The notes: generated by a model not told the origin, from the letters alone. 63,348 nt of DNA, filler included, from Sphacelaria rigidula (GCA_964200075.2; 9 parts of 9 records of this genome joined end to end with filler, not necessarily neighbours in it), one strand, 5' to 3'. Shown: positions 34,592 through 48,600, counted from the first letter of the whole stretch. Program-made: numbers and translations.

Positions 34592-36599
34592 ACCCCACCA
34601 ATGCCCCGGCCACCCCCCACCTCGCGCCACTTGATATATCTCTGTGCAGGCGAGATGATTTGTGATCTCTCGTATAATACGTCTTTTAAGCAACTATCAT
34701 CAATTTCCGCACGGGTAAAATTCACCAGCTAGGGATGGGATGTTCCACTTTACGACCCGCAGTTCAAGCTTCAAGCTTCAAGCCCACCTGCCGTACACCC
34801 CGGATTGAATACACGGGAAAAGACAGAAGTGGGTCGACCCACACACCCTTTTCAGCCGAAAAGGGGGGTAGTGGCGAGACACAGGTACGGGCTCTGCCCG
34901 TGCTCCTCAAAACTCAATATTAACCCATTCCTGATAAGAGGGCAAGTCGACCACGGCCTAGGCAGAGCACGGGAGTCGTCATTCAGGAACTTTGGGGCAC
35001 GCCTATGGGTGCCGTGGGCAACAACGGGTACGCGGGAGGCCCCCGTGTGTCAGAGAACAGGGTTAGACGACTCACCACCGTCTACTCTTTTTACCCCCCC
35101 ATGATGGTGGTCGAGCTGGATCATGCCGTGCGGCGTGGGAGAACCTCAACAGNNNNNNNNNNNNNNNNNNNNNNNNNNNNNNNNNNNNNNNNNNNNTTAA
35201 TTAATTAANNNNNNNNNNNNNNNNNNNNNNNNNNNNNNNNNNNNNNNNNNNNTGCTGCTGTTAGCGTGAAAATGAGCTGAAAGGTACGAAATGCGTGGGT
35301 TCGTCGTATGTGAGAAGGTATGACGCGAGTCCTTCCGGTGGTTGAAGATAAAGACATTATGCGCGCATGCATCAATGATCTTTGACCGTGGCATGTTTTT
35401 GTATGGATTGTCACGTGTTTGAACGAGTACGTGGTTGGTTTTTCGTTCATGTCAGAAGGAGCATGTGGATGATGCGTCCACATTTGTTCGAAGAACTGGT
35501 GCAGGTGGACTGCAAGAGTGTCGAGGGAATCATTATTTCTACACTTTGGCTGATGCACGGGTGGGATATGACGGTCCAAGATCCAAACGAAATATGGAAA
35601 TGTCTGGGATTTGCTCGAAAACAAGAGTTTGAGAACGATAGTACCACGGGTGATGAATGATGGCGGAGGTCGAGGTTCGTTTGCCGTCGTTGGATTTGTA
35701 TGCATGGCTTGAAAAGCGGTTTGAGCCATGGCTTTCCTTTGATTGTCTTTATGAAATTAAGGCAAGTTGAAGCATTGGAGCTTTGACGGCGGGGAGGTAT
35801 GCGATGCATACGTTTTTTACGGTGTTGCAGAAGCAAGAGGTCAGGTGCGTTTTAGACGTGTTGGGTGCATTATTTCCTTCTAGCATGAGGATGATGTATC
35901 ATTTGGCTATTGCACTCCGTTGCGCAGGTGTTGAACGTACAAAGAGTGCATTTTGTATGTTGAGAAGAACCTTGTCTCGGATGAGAGAGGCGATGAGTCA
36001 CGAATGCTCTGGAATTTGACGTTTGCTGACATTTCCGGTTTCGTGCCGATGAAGAGTCAAGAGACTTGGTTTGGGCGAAGATTTGAGCCTTTGGCGCTAG
36101 CTATCGCTTTGTAACTCGAAGTGGTGCAAGTAGCGTGATTGCATGTTCATGATGGACGATCTTTTCTTGGAATCTCTTGCGAGTTGTTCGAAAGTGGGGC
36201 AAGCTTGTATGGAGCTGTTGTCGAAAGCAGCGAAGAGATTGCATTTCTTTGCGGGAAACGACGGTACTATCAGGCACCAATGATGTCTGAGTTTGTCAAG
36301 CTCCGATGTAACTACTCGTTGGTAGTAGAGAGCTTTGGGGGTGCTGTAGACCTAGCCGTCATTGTTACCTAAGGCCAGGGGCATTGTAGGTGGAGTTGCG
36401 GGTCTGATTGCCGGACTCTGTGATGGTGACCTCCATGGCGAGTAGGCTTGGTTTTGTCACTCTGGTGGAGAGAGGCTATATGGTCCTGTTCTCCTGTACC
36501 ATGCTGAGGGTTAATGCATAAATAACTAAAGCTGCTGAAGTCCATGTGCCCGTGATGGGAGGAGTCCACATGGCAATCCGATCTTGAGTGACAGAGGTC

Positions 36600-39500
36600 T
36601 ATAGTCGAGATAGTTGGCTTCGTTTTTCCACCCACACGTATACGACGGACACACCTGTCCCGAACTGTCCAGTCATAGGCAAACTGTCACCGGGTCACTT
36701 CGACACTGATTCGGGAGCTCATGCTTATGAGGATGACCCCACGCAAACAGGTAATGCTTTCCGTCTGTACTATGTTGGTCAACCGGTAGTCTCGCTTCCT
36801 CGCGAACCCCAACTTATCCAAGTGAACCTCGTGAGACGCAATGGATCGCCCGCCCTCACAGGACATTGTTTGGTCGAATTGCTCAAACCTGATCAAGCAC
36901 AGGTCGGTCCGTTTGAACAGACCGAAGTCTTTGTCCACGAAGGTAGGCAGGCCATTTACCTCACGTCCCCTGCATGTTTCGATATACTCAACGGTCAGTT
37001 GTTGGGTCATGCTCAAGCGCCTCTCATACGAACCGCCCTGTCAGATGTGTGCCCCCCTGCGGACAACAACTCGCCGACCGACCCCCCGAAATCCACGGGC
37101 CCCCCTCCGCTACACATGCCTGACCCCATGGTGGTGACAAACCCACCAGATGCGCCTGAACATCAACCCCCAACTGTATTACTGGATAGATTTTCCCCAG
37201 AACAACGCGCCAGTTTTCACAAGTTGTGGGATGACATTCCCCCTCACTTACGGCATATTGTTTTTCATCTATCTGGCGATGGTTGGACACCCACTGTAAT
37301 CGATAGATTAAGATCCATCTTGATTAGATATTCTGAACAGTTTTCTACTGCACCCTTGGATTTAGGTCGATGTACCACGACACCGTTCAAGATCAAGATT
37401 CCTGATGGCACTCCGCCTATTACTATGCGTCCGTACCGTACGAACCCCCTCTAAGCGGATAAGATCCAGGTGATTCTTGATGGTTACTTATCCGCAGGTT
37501 TGAATCGGCACTCGACGTCTCCGTGGGCCTCGCCTTTAGTAGTCGTCCGCGTAAGAAAAATGGCAAAATCAGACTGACGGCCAATTATCAACGATTGAAC
37601 GCTGTCACCAAAATCCCCGGCTGCCACTTCCACGGATTGATGAATGTTTTTACTCTCTTGGCGGGGGTAAGGTATTTTCGAACTTTGACATGCAATCCGG
37701 CTACCACCAGCTCGTGATGGATCCAAATTCCGTTGAACTGACAGCATTTTGCACGCCATCAGGTTTGTAAGAGTGGCCGGCTACACCACAAGGTGCCGCC
37801 GGAGCTCCAGGTGCGTTTCAACGTGTAATGTTCCATGTAACTGATGGATTGCCCAAATGCCATATGTACCTTGACGATGCGGTTTGCCACGACTTCACAC
37901 TGGCTGAACACGTCGAACAGTTGGCATCATTCTTTAATCGGTTTGAACAACACAACTTGAAACTCGCCTCCTCCAGATCCCGCATTGGCGCCACGAAGAT
38001 TGAGTTCTTGGGTCATTGCATCACCCCCGAAGGTCGTAGCCCAAACCTCGATGAGGTCGCTGCACTCTCCGATATGTCCATGCCACGGGACATTTCTCAA
38101 CTGCGTTCCTTGTTGGGAGGTCTAAGCTACTACAGACAGTACTTGCCAAACCTTGCCCAAACGCTAAAGCCCGTCACCACCCACCTCGAAAAAGGGGTGA
38201 AATTTGTGTTTACATTGGAAATGGAAAAAAACGTCCCCCGTCTTCTTGACACCGTTTCGCGCCCGCCGATTCTCGTCTTCCCCGACTGGTCGACCGCGGA
38301 GCAGGGTTCCCGCCCTTTCCGGCTCCACACAGATTCTTCCAAGATCGGGTTTGGCTGCACATTAGAACAGGAACAAGTCGATGCTACTGTTCGCCCCATT
38401 GTTTATCTGAGTCGCACCACTTTTCCGAATGAACAGAATTGGTCTGTCATGGAACAAGAGGCCGGCGCAGTTGTTTGGGGCGTGCGACGTCTGCGTCAGT
38501 ATTTGTATGACATCCCGTTTCTGATTTATACCGATAATGAGTCTTAAGAAAGCCTTGCCAAAATGGCGGAACAAAACGCAAGGGTCCAACGCTGGTTCGA
38601 AATCCTGTTGTCTTACAACTTTCAACTGAAGTACCGCACAGGTCCTCAGAATGCACGCCGACTTTCTGTCACGCTTGCCCACACCAGCTCAACCTATCGA
38701 TGAATCCCCCATGGGACGTATCACCGATCCCACCGAAGACATTGTATATTTCATAAGCAGGAATGGACATAGAGGTCTCTACACACCACTTTCACTGAGA
38801 GAAACGCCGGCTTTAGGAATGGGTGGGCTGACGACCACAGCCCACGCATCAGTTGTAGGCAGCTTGCAACCTCAATCGTCGTACTCAGTTTGGAATGGAC
38901 TGTCTACGAATACTGTGGGCTATAATCATTTTCGTGCAACTGGTTAGCGCGTGGTTTTCGCAGTAGGTGTAGAACCGTCCTTTGCTGACTCCGTCTTACC
39001 AGTTCAAGTTCGAGATTTTATTTCGAGTAGGACTCGTGGACAGCGAGCTGCCGAAACGGCCACCAAATTAGCCGTATCTGGTCCTGATCTTCCCCTCCCT
39101 GCCCCCACCCCGGTTCCCGATAGTTTCCTTGCGCCTCCTCAACCTCCACGACGCAAGGCCTCCAGAAAATCGACCCCGACCGTGCCGCCCCTACCAACCA
39201 TAGCCGAAACCACGGCTGTACCCCCCTCCCTCGGTGATGGTATTGAAAACATCACCACAACACCCTCCACGCTAATCGACGCAGGAGTAGACGTTAACGT
39301 TCCGTCTGAGAGTACACCAACGAGTAGGCTCACCCTTGATTCCGAAATCACCGCTTCGTGCCAACCCCGCCCCGAACCGACCCAACACGAAGTGGACGCT
39401 TCAATAGATAATGGTGTATTCAAGGAACGTTTGACTCTCTTCTCCCACGCCGATTGGGCCCGGGAACAACAGGCAGAGCCTGCTTGTAAATCAGTTGTCT

Positions 39501-42082
39501 ATTATCTATCTAAAGGTTGCCGATGTCCATTCTCAGAAACCGAATTCCTTTTGCCAGTCGGGAATCTCAAAGCGCCCACACGGGATCAAGTTACTGAACT
39601 TTCAAGGAAAGGTACGCTACATACGGATGATGGTGGTATAGTTCCGTTAGTTCGCCGGCCCACAGCAGTCCTCCCCAGGGGGAAGCCTACAAGTCGACAT
39701 GCCCGCTCGCTAGGTGATGAACTCATCCGCATCTATGTCCCGATGCCCCTGCGCCCATGGGTTCTACACGAACGCCATTCACAGGCATCGACTCATTTAG
39801 GCGCCATTAGGACCTCCCAGATGTTGGAACATTTTTATTGATGGATTTGTATGGATCAGTGTTACCGTTGGTGGGTGGGGCGTTGTCTTTTGTGTCAGGC
39901 ACAAAAACCTTCTCGTCAAACAGTTCGTTGGCCGATTTTTTCCATGCCACTCCCAAACGGGCCTGGTGAAAACACGGGATCTTCCAAATTAGGGATGAAT
40001 TTTTTATTGGGGAGGAGACACCCGGAGAATTAAGATCTGTGTATCCACACCAAATCTTCGAAAAATGGTCCCATTTCTTCACCTACTAATAGTTATTCAC
40101 AACTGCTACACGTCAGAGAACTTTGGATTTCAATCACCGAAATGTTGGGGTCCTACGTGAAAAATCATTTTTGGGAATTTCGGGTGTCCGAATGGACGCC
40201 AAAATGGTTCCGAAATTATTTTTCCACCTTGGATCCCAACATTTCGATGATCGAGATCCATTTTTATATGGCGTGTAGCAGTTGTCAAAAGCTATCAGTA
40301 GGTGAAGAAATGGAACCATATCCCGAAGATTCGGTGTGGATACGAAGATTTTAATTCTCCGGGTTTCTCAACCCCAATAAAAGATCCATCCCCAATTTGT
40401 ATGATTTCGTGTTTGAAGTAGTTTCGTGGGACTAGTTTGGTCCTTTGCCCCTGACGGATAGTGGGAATAAGTATATTTTGTTGTTTACGGATAGATTTAG
40501 TCGACATGCGGTGATGCACGCTGTCCCCGCTAGTAGCTATAACGCGGAAGGTACCGCCAACATTCTTGTATACATGTACATCCCACAGTGGGGTGCGCCC
40601 AACCGCTTACTGTCTAACAACGGCCCGCATTTTTCAGGCAAACTTTCAGCCGCAGTCAGTGACCTTTCGGGTGCCCCTCGCATTTTTACTAGTTCATATT
40701 ACCCTTCCACCAATGGTGGAACGGAACGAGTGAACCATACGATGGCATAGATGCTTGCTGCTGCAGCAAATGAGAGACGGATGGACTGGGACCTGCACCT
40801 GCCCCTTGTCCAAATGAACTACAACAATTCAGTCAATGCCGCTACGGGATTGTCGCCGAATAAAATTCATTTTGGTTACATGCCTAGGTTACCTTTAACG
40901 GTATTGAACGCAAAAATTCAGGCGGACATCAGGATCGAGATCGTGATGTTGTAGGGTATCATTTGTCGGTTAGCAATCGCCTTCGTCTTGCATATGAAGT
41001 TGTACGAGAACAGAACCAAATCAATTTGGCCAAGGTGACCAGGGCGAACTCGATGTTGGATGATGTGGTACATAACCGCACGGTGTGGAAGGTAGGCCAA
41101 TGGGCATGGGTGTATAACGATGTGAAGACCATCAATCAAGGGGCTAGGTCGAAATCATCATCTTTGGACAAAGTGTTGAAGGCGAAACTATCCCTGAATT
41201 GAGCTGGTCCTTGGGAAATTTTAGCTGTTGGTCCAAGCGCTACCGCACCCGATAAGAGTCCGATGGGAGCGAAACTTTTGTATTCAGATTTCCCACGGAT
41301 GAACCTGGCTTGAGACCGAAAAATCGCGTCCCCATGCTACGATGCGAACCGTGTATCCCCCCTCATGACTCCTCTGACATGCCCAAACAACTGCCGCTAG
41401 GGCTTAGCCAGAATGTGTTGACCAAGTATGCGATCAAAACTCCGCCGTATCACATGATGGTCGAGGATGCGGATACACCCCTGGAACGCGTTGAGGTAAA
41501 TAGGATTTCGGGCCATCAACTGGTTCGCGGTCGTGGAGGTAAGATAGCGGTAATGTATCAAACACATTAGAAGGGTATCATGCGTGTTACATGGGAGCGT
41601 GAAGTTGATTTGCGTCATTTTCGTCGGGAAATATTGCTGTACTGGGTAGGAGATACCGTCCAATACCGCCCGTTGAACAAGAGATATCGATCGATGCCAA
41701 GAGAGCTGTCGCTCGGGAACTGGCACGTGAACACTCAGCGCGGTTTGTTGTGACAGGCTATAGCCTTCTTTCGCGTTCACAATACATGCAGTGTTTTCAC
41801 GGAAAACGTTTGCCGAAAGGGGCGTATTTTTGGTATAAGGCCTTGGATTCACTGTGGTGGTTGGGTAAAATTCATTTGGTCGACCCTGAGTCTGACCACT
41901 CCTACTTTATACGTTTCCTCGATGACCCAAGCCCCCTTAAGATTCGCGTGGATGATGCTTACTACACCGAGGAGCCGACCGCTCGGAGGGGATCCTGGTG
42001 CCTCCAACGACAAGACCAAGGCAAACTCGAAACAGCCGTTCTACGGAACACGGACATCGCTTGGGATGCAGTTGACTCATGA
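36600..42082 (+). mobile_element. Ty3/Gypsy pol (end of PR, RT, RNase H, integrase, chromodomain-like, PWWP/Tudor-like), degenerate
   Basis: RPYRTNP, MYLDD (~37864), LHTDSSKIGFG, HHCC zinc finger (HERH..HLG...CLLC), D*FGPLP...FTDRFSR, NGGTERVN, KLSLN*AGP; the RT-RH-INT order is Gypsy-type; many stops and frameshifts. Confidence 0.95.
39971..40413. mobile_element. 443-bp foldback MITE inserted in the integrase core, with TGAA target-site duplication
   Basis: The two halves are imperfect reverse complements (AACACG...CGTGTT); TGAA at 39967-39970 and 40414-40417; excision restores PNGPGEVVSWD*FGPLP. Confidence 0.9.
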
Positions 42083-42318
42083 TGCCGCATCCGAGTCTGC
42101 TTCCCCATTCACCTTGCGTAGTAGTGTACCGCGTTCGAGTCGCTTGTCTTGCACCGTAGCGTCGTCGGAAAAGCATGCCCCGCCCCCCCCCCCCCCCCCC
42201 CNNNNNNNNNNNNNNNNNNNNNNNNNNNNNNNNNNNNNNNNNNNNTTAATTAATTAANNNNNNNNNNNNNNNNNNNNNNNNNNNNNNNNNNNNNNNNNNN
42301 NGCGCTCCAAAGCGCCCG

Positions 42319-45300
42319 GTGATAGCTAACCATGGCCGTACTCACGAGGATGCCTTGCGGCCCAGATCAAGTTCTTCGCGCGTTAACTCGCGTTCGAACA
42401 ACTCCGATCATGCACCTTCGCGCATCTCTGCTGCTCAGTCTTTGTCACACAACCGTTATGTACGCAATGACAACACGGTACATGCTGACGATATCCAAAA
42501 CATATTTCCGGACATGTCACCGATCCCGGAATCCTCATTTGCAGGATCCGACCGCACCTCATCGCACAAACGACGACAACGCACTGACCGCGAACCACCA
42601 TCCCGTTCCGACGCTGCGCTTATTCGTTCTCTGCAACAACGTTTGACAGATCTTGAAGGACACCTAGCAACAGCAACAATGGACACCAAGGGCACTACCG
42701 CTGCTACTGAGCCTACGAGGGAGACCACCATTGCCGCCCCTACTACCGCTGCAGCCGCCCCTACCGCGGTCACTGCACCTTCTGCAGCAGCCACTGCAGC
42801 CACGGCCCCGACTCCTGCTGCCGCCCAGCTTTCAGTAGACACTGATGCGGACAGCGGTCCCACCACTGCCCCTGTCGGGGGCGTCTCCGTGCGCTCGCCT
42901 CCTTCGTTGGAGGATCTGCCTCCGCTCGGCGTCGAGCATTGCCCCGCCGGCCTGCTCTTGCGCCCGTTCCAGGACCGCCCTCGCGCGGAACAAGAACAGA
43001 TCATCCGTGACTATGACCGCCAAGCCCCGGCGATTACTCGCGGTCTACTCGCCCGGCAGCGCCGTGCTGACGAGGCTGCCGCCCGCCTCCTTTCGGAGGA
43101 ACATGCAACCAAGCTGACGGATCTTCAGCGACAGGCTTCCCTAGCCCAAGCCATTAAGACGGCGGCAGACAGAGCTTTGCAGGAAGGGGAGACTGCAGCC
43201 TTGACGGCACAAAGGAGGGACCGCGAGCTCCAAGAGCATGTTCGGCGCACTACGCAAGAAGCCGAATCGTCGAGGGCGAGGGTGACTCACCATCAAGCCT
43301 CCCCGCCGCCTTCTGCCGACCACTTGCTTGGAGCTCGACCTCCTGATCACCCTACGTCCGCCAGGTCGAACTACATGATACCACGCAAGTCCGACAAAGC
43401 GTCCTCTGTAGCAACAGCCGCCGCCCCCAGGCCATCTCGTGCACCTGGCCCGGCGGTCACCGCCAGCCCCACCACACGCTTGAAACTTGCTCCCCACGAA
43501 CGAGGATGGCTTTCGCGGTCTGCGGCCGATTGTACCGGCCCCTTTCACTGCAACAATCACCTGCACTGTTCCCGCCACGCTTGGAACACAGTCTCTCAAC
43601 GCATGCTAGCCGTTATTGGCGGCTACGTGAAACAGGGCGGCTTCTTCCCTGATGACGGCGTGTCGGCGATCACCTTGGGCCACCTAATCCTCCAAGCGAC
43701 GATCGGCGATAGCCCGACTCTCAACCGGTACGTCGACACTGTCACCAAGCTTCTAGCGGCGCTACGCGCCGCTTCTAGCTCTGATCCCGCCGCGCCCCTC
43801 CGCGACGATGACGAAGATGAGGACGGGTGGACCACCAAGACCTCCAACTGCCGGGGCCACAAGAAGAATCGTCGTCGCGATGGCGATGGTAACAATGGAG
43901 GGAATACACGCCGCCGCCAGGGCGGAGGAGGATCTTCTTCGGGCGGTTCCGGATCGAACCGCCCGACCCGCAAGTCGAAAGGCAAGCACACCGGAGGCAA
44001 CTCCTCCGGTTCATCCGCATCGGCCTGGACCCGGTCCGGCGCAGCTCTTTCCGCCTCGGGCTCGGAGACCCCAAGGCAAGTGGTGCCTAAGTTGGCCGAT
44101 GTTTCGGTCCGCATTTAAGGTTTGTCTGATACGGATGCACCTGACCGTCCTTTGTCTTCTACTGCACCCCGCGCTTTAGCAACCGCCGCGGCTGACAAAG
44201 CAGGTTCAGAAGCTAGCAAAAAAGCAGCTTCCAATCGAGCTGAGTCTACCCGAGTAGCTGCAATACAGAGACAGTATATTCAGATGGATGTAAACAAACT
44301 CTGGCACATTAAAATTATACCTGCCGCGGATAACGAAGATTCCGGCCAGTTTATTTCTGCCCTTATCACGTCAATCCGCCGCACTGTTTGTAACATCCTT
44401 CACTTGGCGGATGTGAATGGCACACAAGGTTTCGAAGACGCAGACTGGGTAGAGGGCTGACAGACTCCCTTGCACAAAGCAATGCACCGATCGATCAGCC
44501 GCCGCTCTCCCGACCTCGCTGCTTCTTTGACGCAGGTGCTCGACGGATTCCTCGCCGAGATGGACCCGGATCGTTCCCAAGGGAAGACAGGCCCGCAACT
44601 ACTCTCTGATTTAGAAAGGCGTCTCATAGGTTACTCTGATAAAAGTGATCAAGCCAGCGTCATCCAGAGGCTGAGCTCTTTTGTCGTCGCATCTGATGCC
44701 CCCTTCGCGGATTATCTCCGCGAATTTAAGCTCTTGGTTTCGGGTACGACGGGTGTTGGACGCCAGAATGGACCAAGCCATGCAATGTGTCAGACTTACG
44801 TTCGCAATAGCGTTGCTCAACAGTATCCGGCTCTGATGCCGTCGTTGTTTCCGGGTGTCTTGGCGCATCGAGAGGTGCCCTACGCCTCCGTTGATACCAT
44901 GTGGTCTACTTTTGTACACCAGGAGAGTAATCTACCACCTGCCATACGTGGCAAACCTTCAACGTCTGTCTGTTCACAACCTACGGTTGTGTCCTCCGCT
45001 CATGCCCAAGGGGCTCGCGGCAGGAATTCGAGCTCGTCTCGCGCTTCATGGACCCCCGACTCAGTCGCCGTTTCAGTTATGCATGTTCAGACTACCAGAG
45101 ATGCATTGAGCGCGAGTTTTGACGGTTGGCCGTTTTCCGAGGAAACTTGGGATGATGTTTATCTGACTTCAACCACGGCATTCATAACCGATTACCCCCA
45201 TTTGTGGAACCCACTTCTTTCGTCTCCCGCTAGACGCAATGCCTTCAGCAGTCACGCCAACAGTTGTATCAACTGTAGTGTTCAGGGCCACAGCATGCGC

Positions 45301-45630
45301 GACTGTGACAGTCCGCGCATCAATGCCTTTGATCTCATGAACCCTGAATTGCAGGAAAATGAACCCGCGTGGCGCCGATGGCAAAAACGCATGCGCGATT
45401 ATCGTCCACCAACTCGATATTACCGCAGCAATTCGATCCAACGTGGCAACAAAAGCTCTAATCGCGGTCGCCGACACAACAACAATCATGGAAACCCTCG
45501 CCTGAACGATAAAAATTCTCGCGACAACAAACGTTCCGCTGATAGACACCAGCGGACGGGGCCGACACTAACTTCTAATCCCAACGCCAGAAACCCTGGT
45601 ACCTTCACTTCGGATCGCTTAGATCCATGA
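42319..45630 (+). mobile_element. Large gag-like ORF of a Ty3/Gypsy element with CCHC zinc knuckle (two in-frame stops)
   Basis: ORFs starting at 42319, 44122 and 44470 share one frame; CINCSVQGHSMRDC (C-x2-C-x4-H-x4-C) at ~45265; directly upstream of pol. Confidence 0.8.
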
Positions 45631-48600
45631 CGTGCCGACGCCGGCGTTCTTCGGTCTTCCACACCGTCGATAGCACGAGCGAAGACTTTTTCAACACAGC
45701 CCGAGGAGTCCGTGTCAAAAATTGCTGACTCGACTGCCCCGGCACTATCCAGGAGCGTAACTGAAGGCCGTTCATATCGACCCCCGTCTCGAACCTCCAC
45801 AAATTTTTCAACACAGCCCACAGAGCCCGCGACCAAGATTGTCCGCCAGGCTCTCCCGGCACTATGCAGGAGTGCATCTGATGGCCGTTCAAACCGACCT
45901 ACGTCTTTATCCCTCCACACACCGCGTAACAGTTGTGTCACCCCGCGACTCAGATCTACACCCGGCACTGAACTTGGTCCTTCGGTACCGAGTATAAGTC
46001 TGAGGTGTGGGAAGACCAACCGCCAGTCCCTGAAGCAAAGGCTTCCCTCAACGACCGCACGCACAGGTAGCAGCAAGCCTTCTTCAGCTGACCCACGTGT
46101 TGCTGATTTGAACCTGACCACATCGGATCATGTAATTCCCAATCAGTTCGATCGGGCTCCTTCCTCGCGCTTTTGAAAACGCACGGACCTACCTTCGGTC
46201 GGTTTTATTAACAAGCGCCCCAACATATCTTCGGCTATGCCCCAACAGCCAAACTGGCCTACGGAAAGCAGCCCACGAGTTTCGCTCCGTCATGCCCCGA
46301 TGCTGACCCCATCCACGCAACTGGACGCAGTTGTGGTATCATCCCCAAATGTTTTGAAAGTTCCCCGACCTTTGTCACGGCGAAAGAGAAAGCCCCGTAA
46401 GCAAGCCCCCAAGGACGCGCGCGCATCATTACGTACATCTCTCTCGAGCGGAAACGCTCGACCTCAATCTCTCCAAAATGCGACGACTTTGAGCTCGACG
46501 GCTCTATCAAGTATCCCGGAAGAAACAAAATCACATGATTCTGACGGCAATACTTCTCCAATCGACGACTCCAGCCCCGCACATCCTGGATCCCCCTTTG
46601 ACGGTGATCCCTGTCAACCAAAGACGATAATTTACGAAATCGCCAAAGACTGTGCCACACCTGGAAATAATATACCGTCCACCCCCTTCTCTGGTGAGAC
46701 ATCTGACCCACCGGCGGATCACCCGCCGTGCGTTTTTGCTGTCTGCCCCACTGATCCTGACCAGTGTACCTGGCCGGAACACGGTCCGGATCTTGTCGGC
46801 GGCAAAGTGTCTGTCGATCCGGCCACTTTACTACTCGCGTTGCGATCCATGCCGGTCCAAACGCTATCGCGCCTACGAAATGCGTATCCTTGTTGGACAA
46901 CGGCAGCCCGCAAACGTTTATTCGAGAATCAACATGGAAACACGTGAAACACACTGGCGCTGCTACTGCAGCTTGCGAAACCACCACCAAGCCTCGAGTG
47001 TGGGGCGGTTTCGGTGACTCGGCCGCGCCACTGACGACCCGTAAATCCGTACGTCTCAGTATGCAATTCTTTCACAACACCACTCGATCTGCCAGCCTGG
47101 CAGTCTGGGCATAGGTTGTCCCCGACAGCACCATGAATCACGCCATATTGTTGGGCAGAGATAGCTATATGCGGTTTAATAAACGCACCTACCGCACGCT
47201 TCCACCATTAACGCCACATTCCCCGCCGCATGGAGAATTCAACCTCGAACACTTCGGTACTCTCCACGGCACCCTGGCTTATCAGAAGAATCCTCAAGCA
47301 ACCGGAGCTGCTTACCACGTACGAAATAACCGTAGTGTGGGTATAACACTCTCCGACGATCCGCAACTCCTTGACGTTGCACTAGTTCGCCGAAATGGCA
47401 TGCCAGCACTTACGGGACATTGTCTTGCCGAAATGTTACCCCGTATTGGCGCACCAGCTGACACAGAACATTTTGTGTCGGCGGGACAACAGCTCCTCCC
47501 TCTCACGGGATATGCTAACTTGGAACCCGGCGATGTTTTAGGAATCGCCGCTGCTCCCCTGATGCACATCCCCCTCGAGACGTGAGTCACAGAGCCTGCC
47601 GCACCAACTAACATATCCCCGGTGGAGTCAGTACATTGTATCGATGAACCTTATTTCGATCTCGCCTCTGCTACTCCACCCCAGGTCCACACCGTGGATC
47701 CTGCCCAGTCAAATTCCGATCCTCCTGCTGAAGTGCTTCAACGCTCATCACCAGATTCTCGGAATAGCTTCTTGCACATGTGGGACCAACTGCCGCCACA
47801 CATGCGCGACATCAATTTTGACCTTCATGGGCCCGGCTGGGAACCGGCAGTCATCCAAGAGCTCAGTGATGTCCTGCTGCAGTACCAAGACCCCTTTGAA
47901 GTTACCCTCCAATCCGGTGTCTCGCCGATTTCTTCTCGGCCATACCGTACCAACCCAATCCTTACCAAGAAAGTTAACGCTATCTTGGATGCGTATTTGG
48001 GAGCAGGACTCATACAACATTCCTCCTCTCCTTGGGCCTCGCCACTTGTGGTCGTCCCCCAAAAGGATGGAAACATAGGCATCACCGTGAATTATCAACG
48101 GTTGAACCGCGTCACTGTTGTCGGTAAACTTCTAATTCCCCGCATTGATGAAGTTTTCGACTGCTTAGGCGAAGGCAAAATATTCAGCACCTTCGACCTC
48201 GCTTCTGGATTTTTCCAGAATGCTATACACCCTGACACAGTCCCACTGACGGCTTTTTGCACCTCGTCCGGACTCTATGAGTGGCGTCGAATGCCACAAG
48301 GCGCCGCCACTGCCCCGGGATACTTTCAACGCTTAATGCAATGCGTCACCGAGGGCCTCGAGCACATCATCATGTACTTGGATGACGCTATCGCTTTCGA
48401 TGCCTCACCTATTGTACATATAAGCACTCTACGAGAATTTCTCTCTCGCCTACGTACGCACGATTTGAAACTGCCTCCATCCAAAGCTCGCCGTGGCGCG
48501 ACTGACTTGGATTTCTTAGGGCATTCCATTTCGCCAGCAGGCCCGCATCCGGATACAAACAAAGTCAAGGCGATGACTGATTTGCCGATGCTAACTAACA

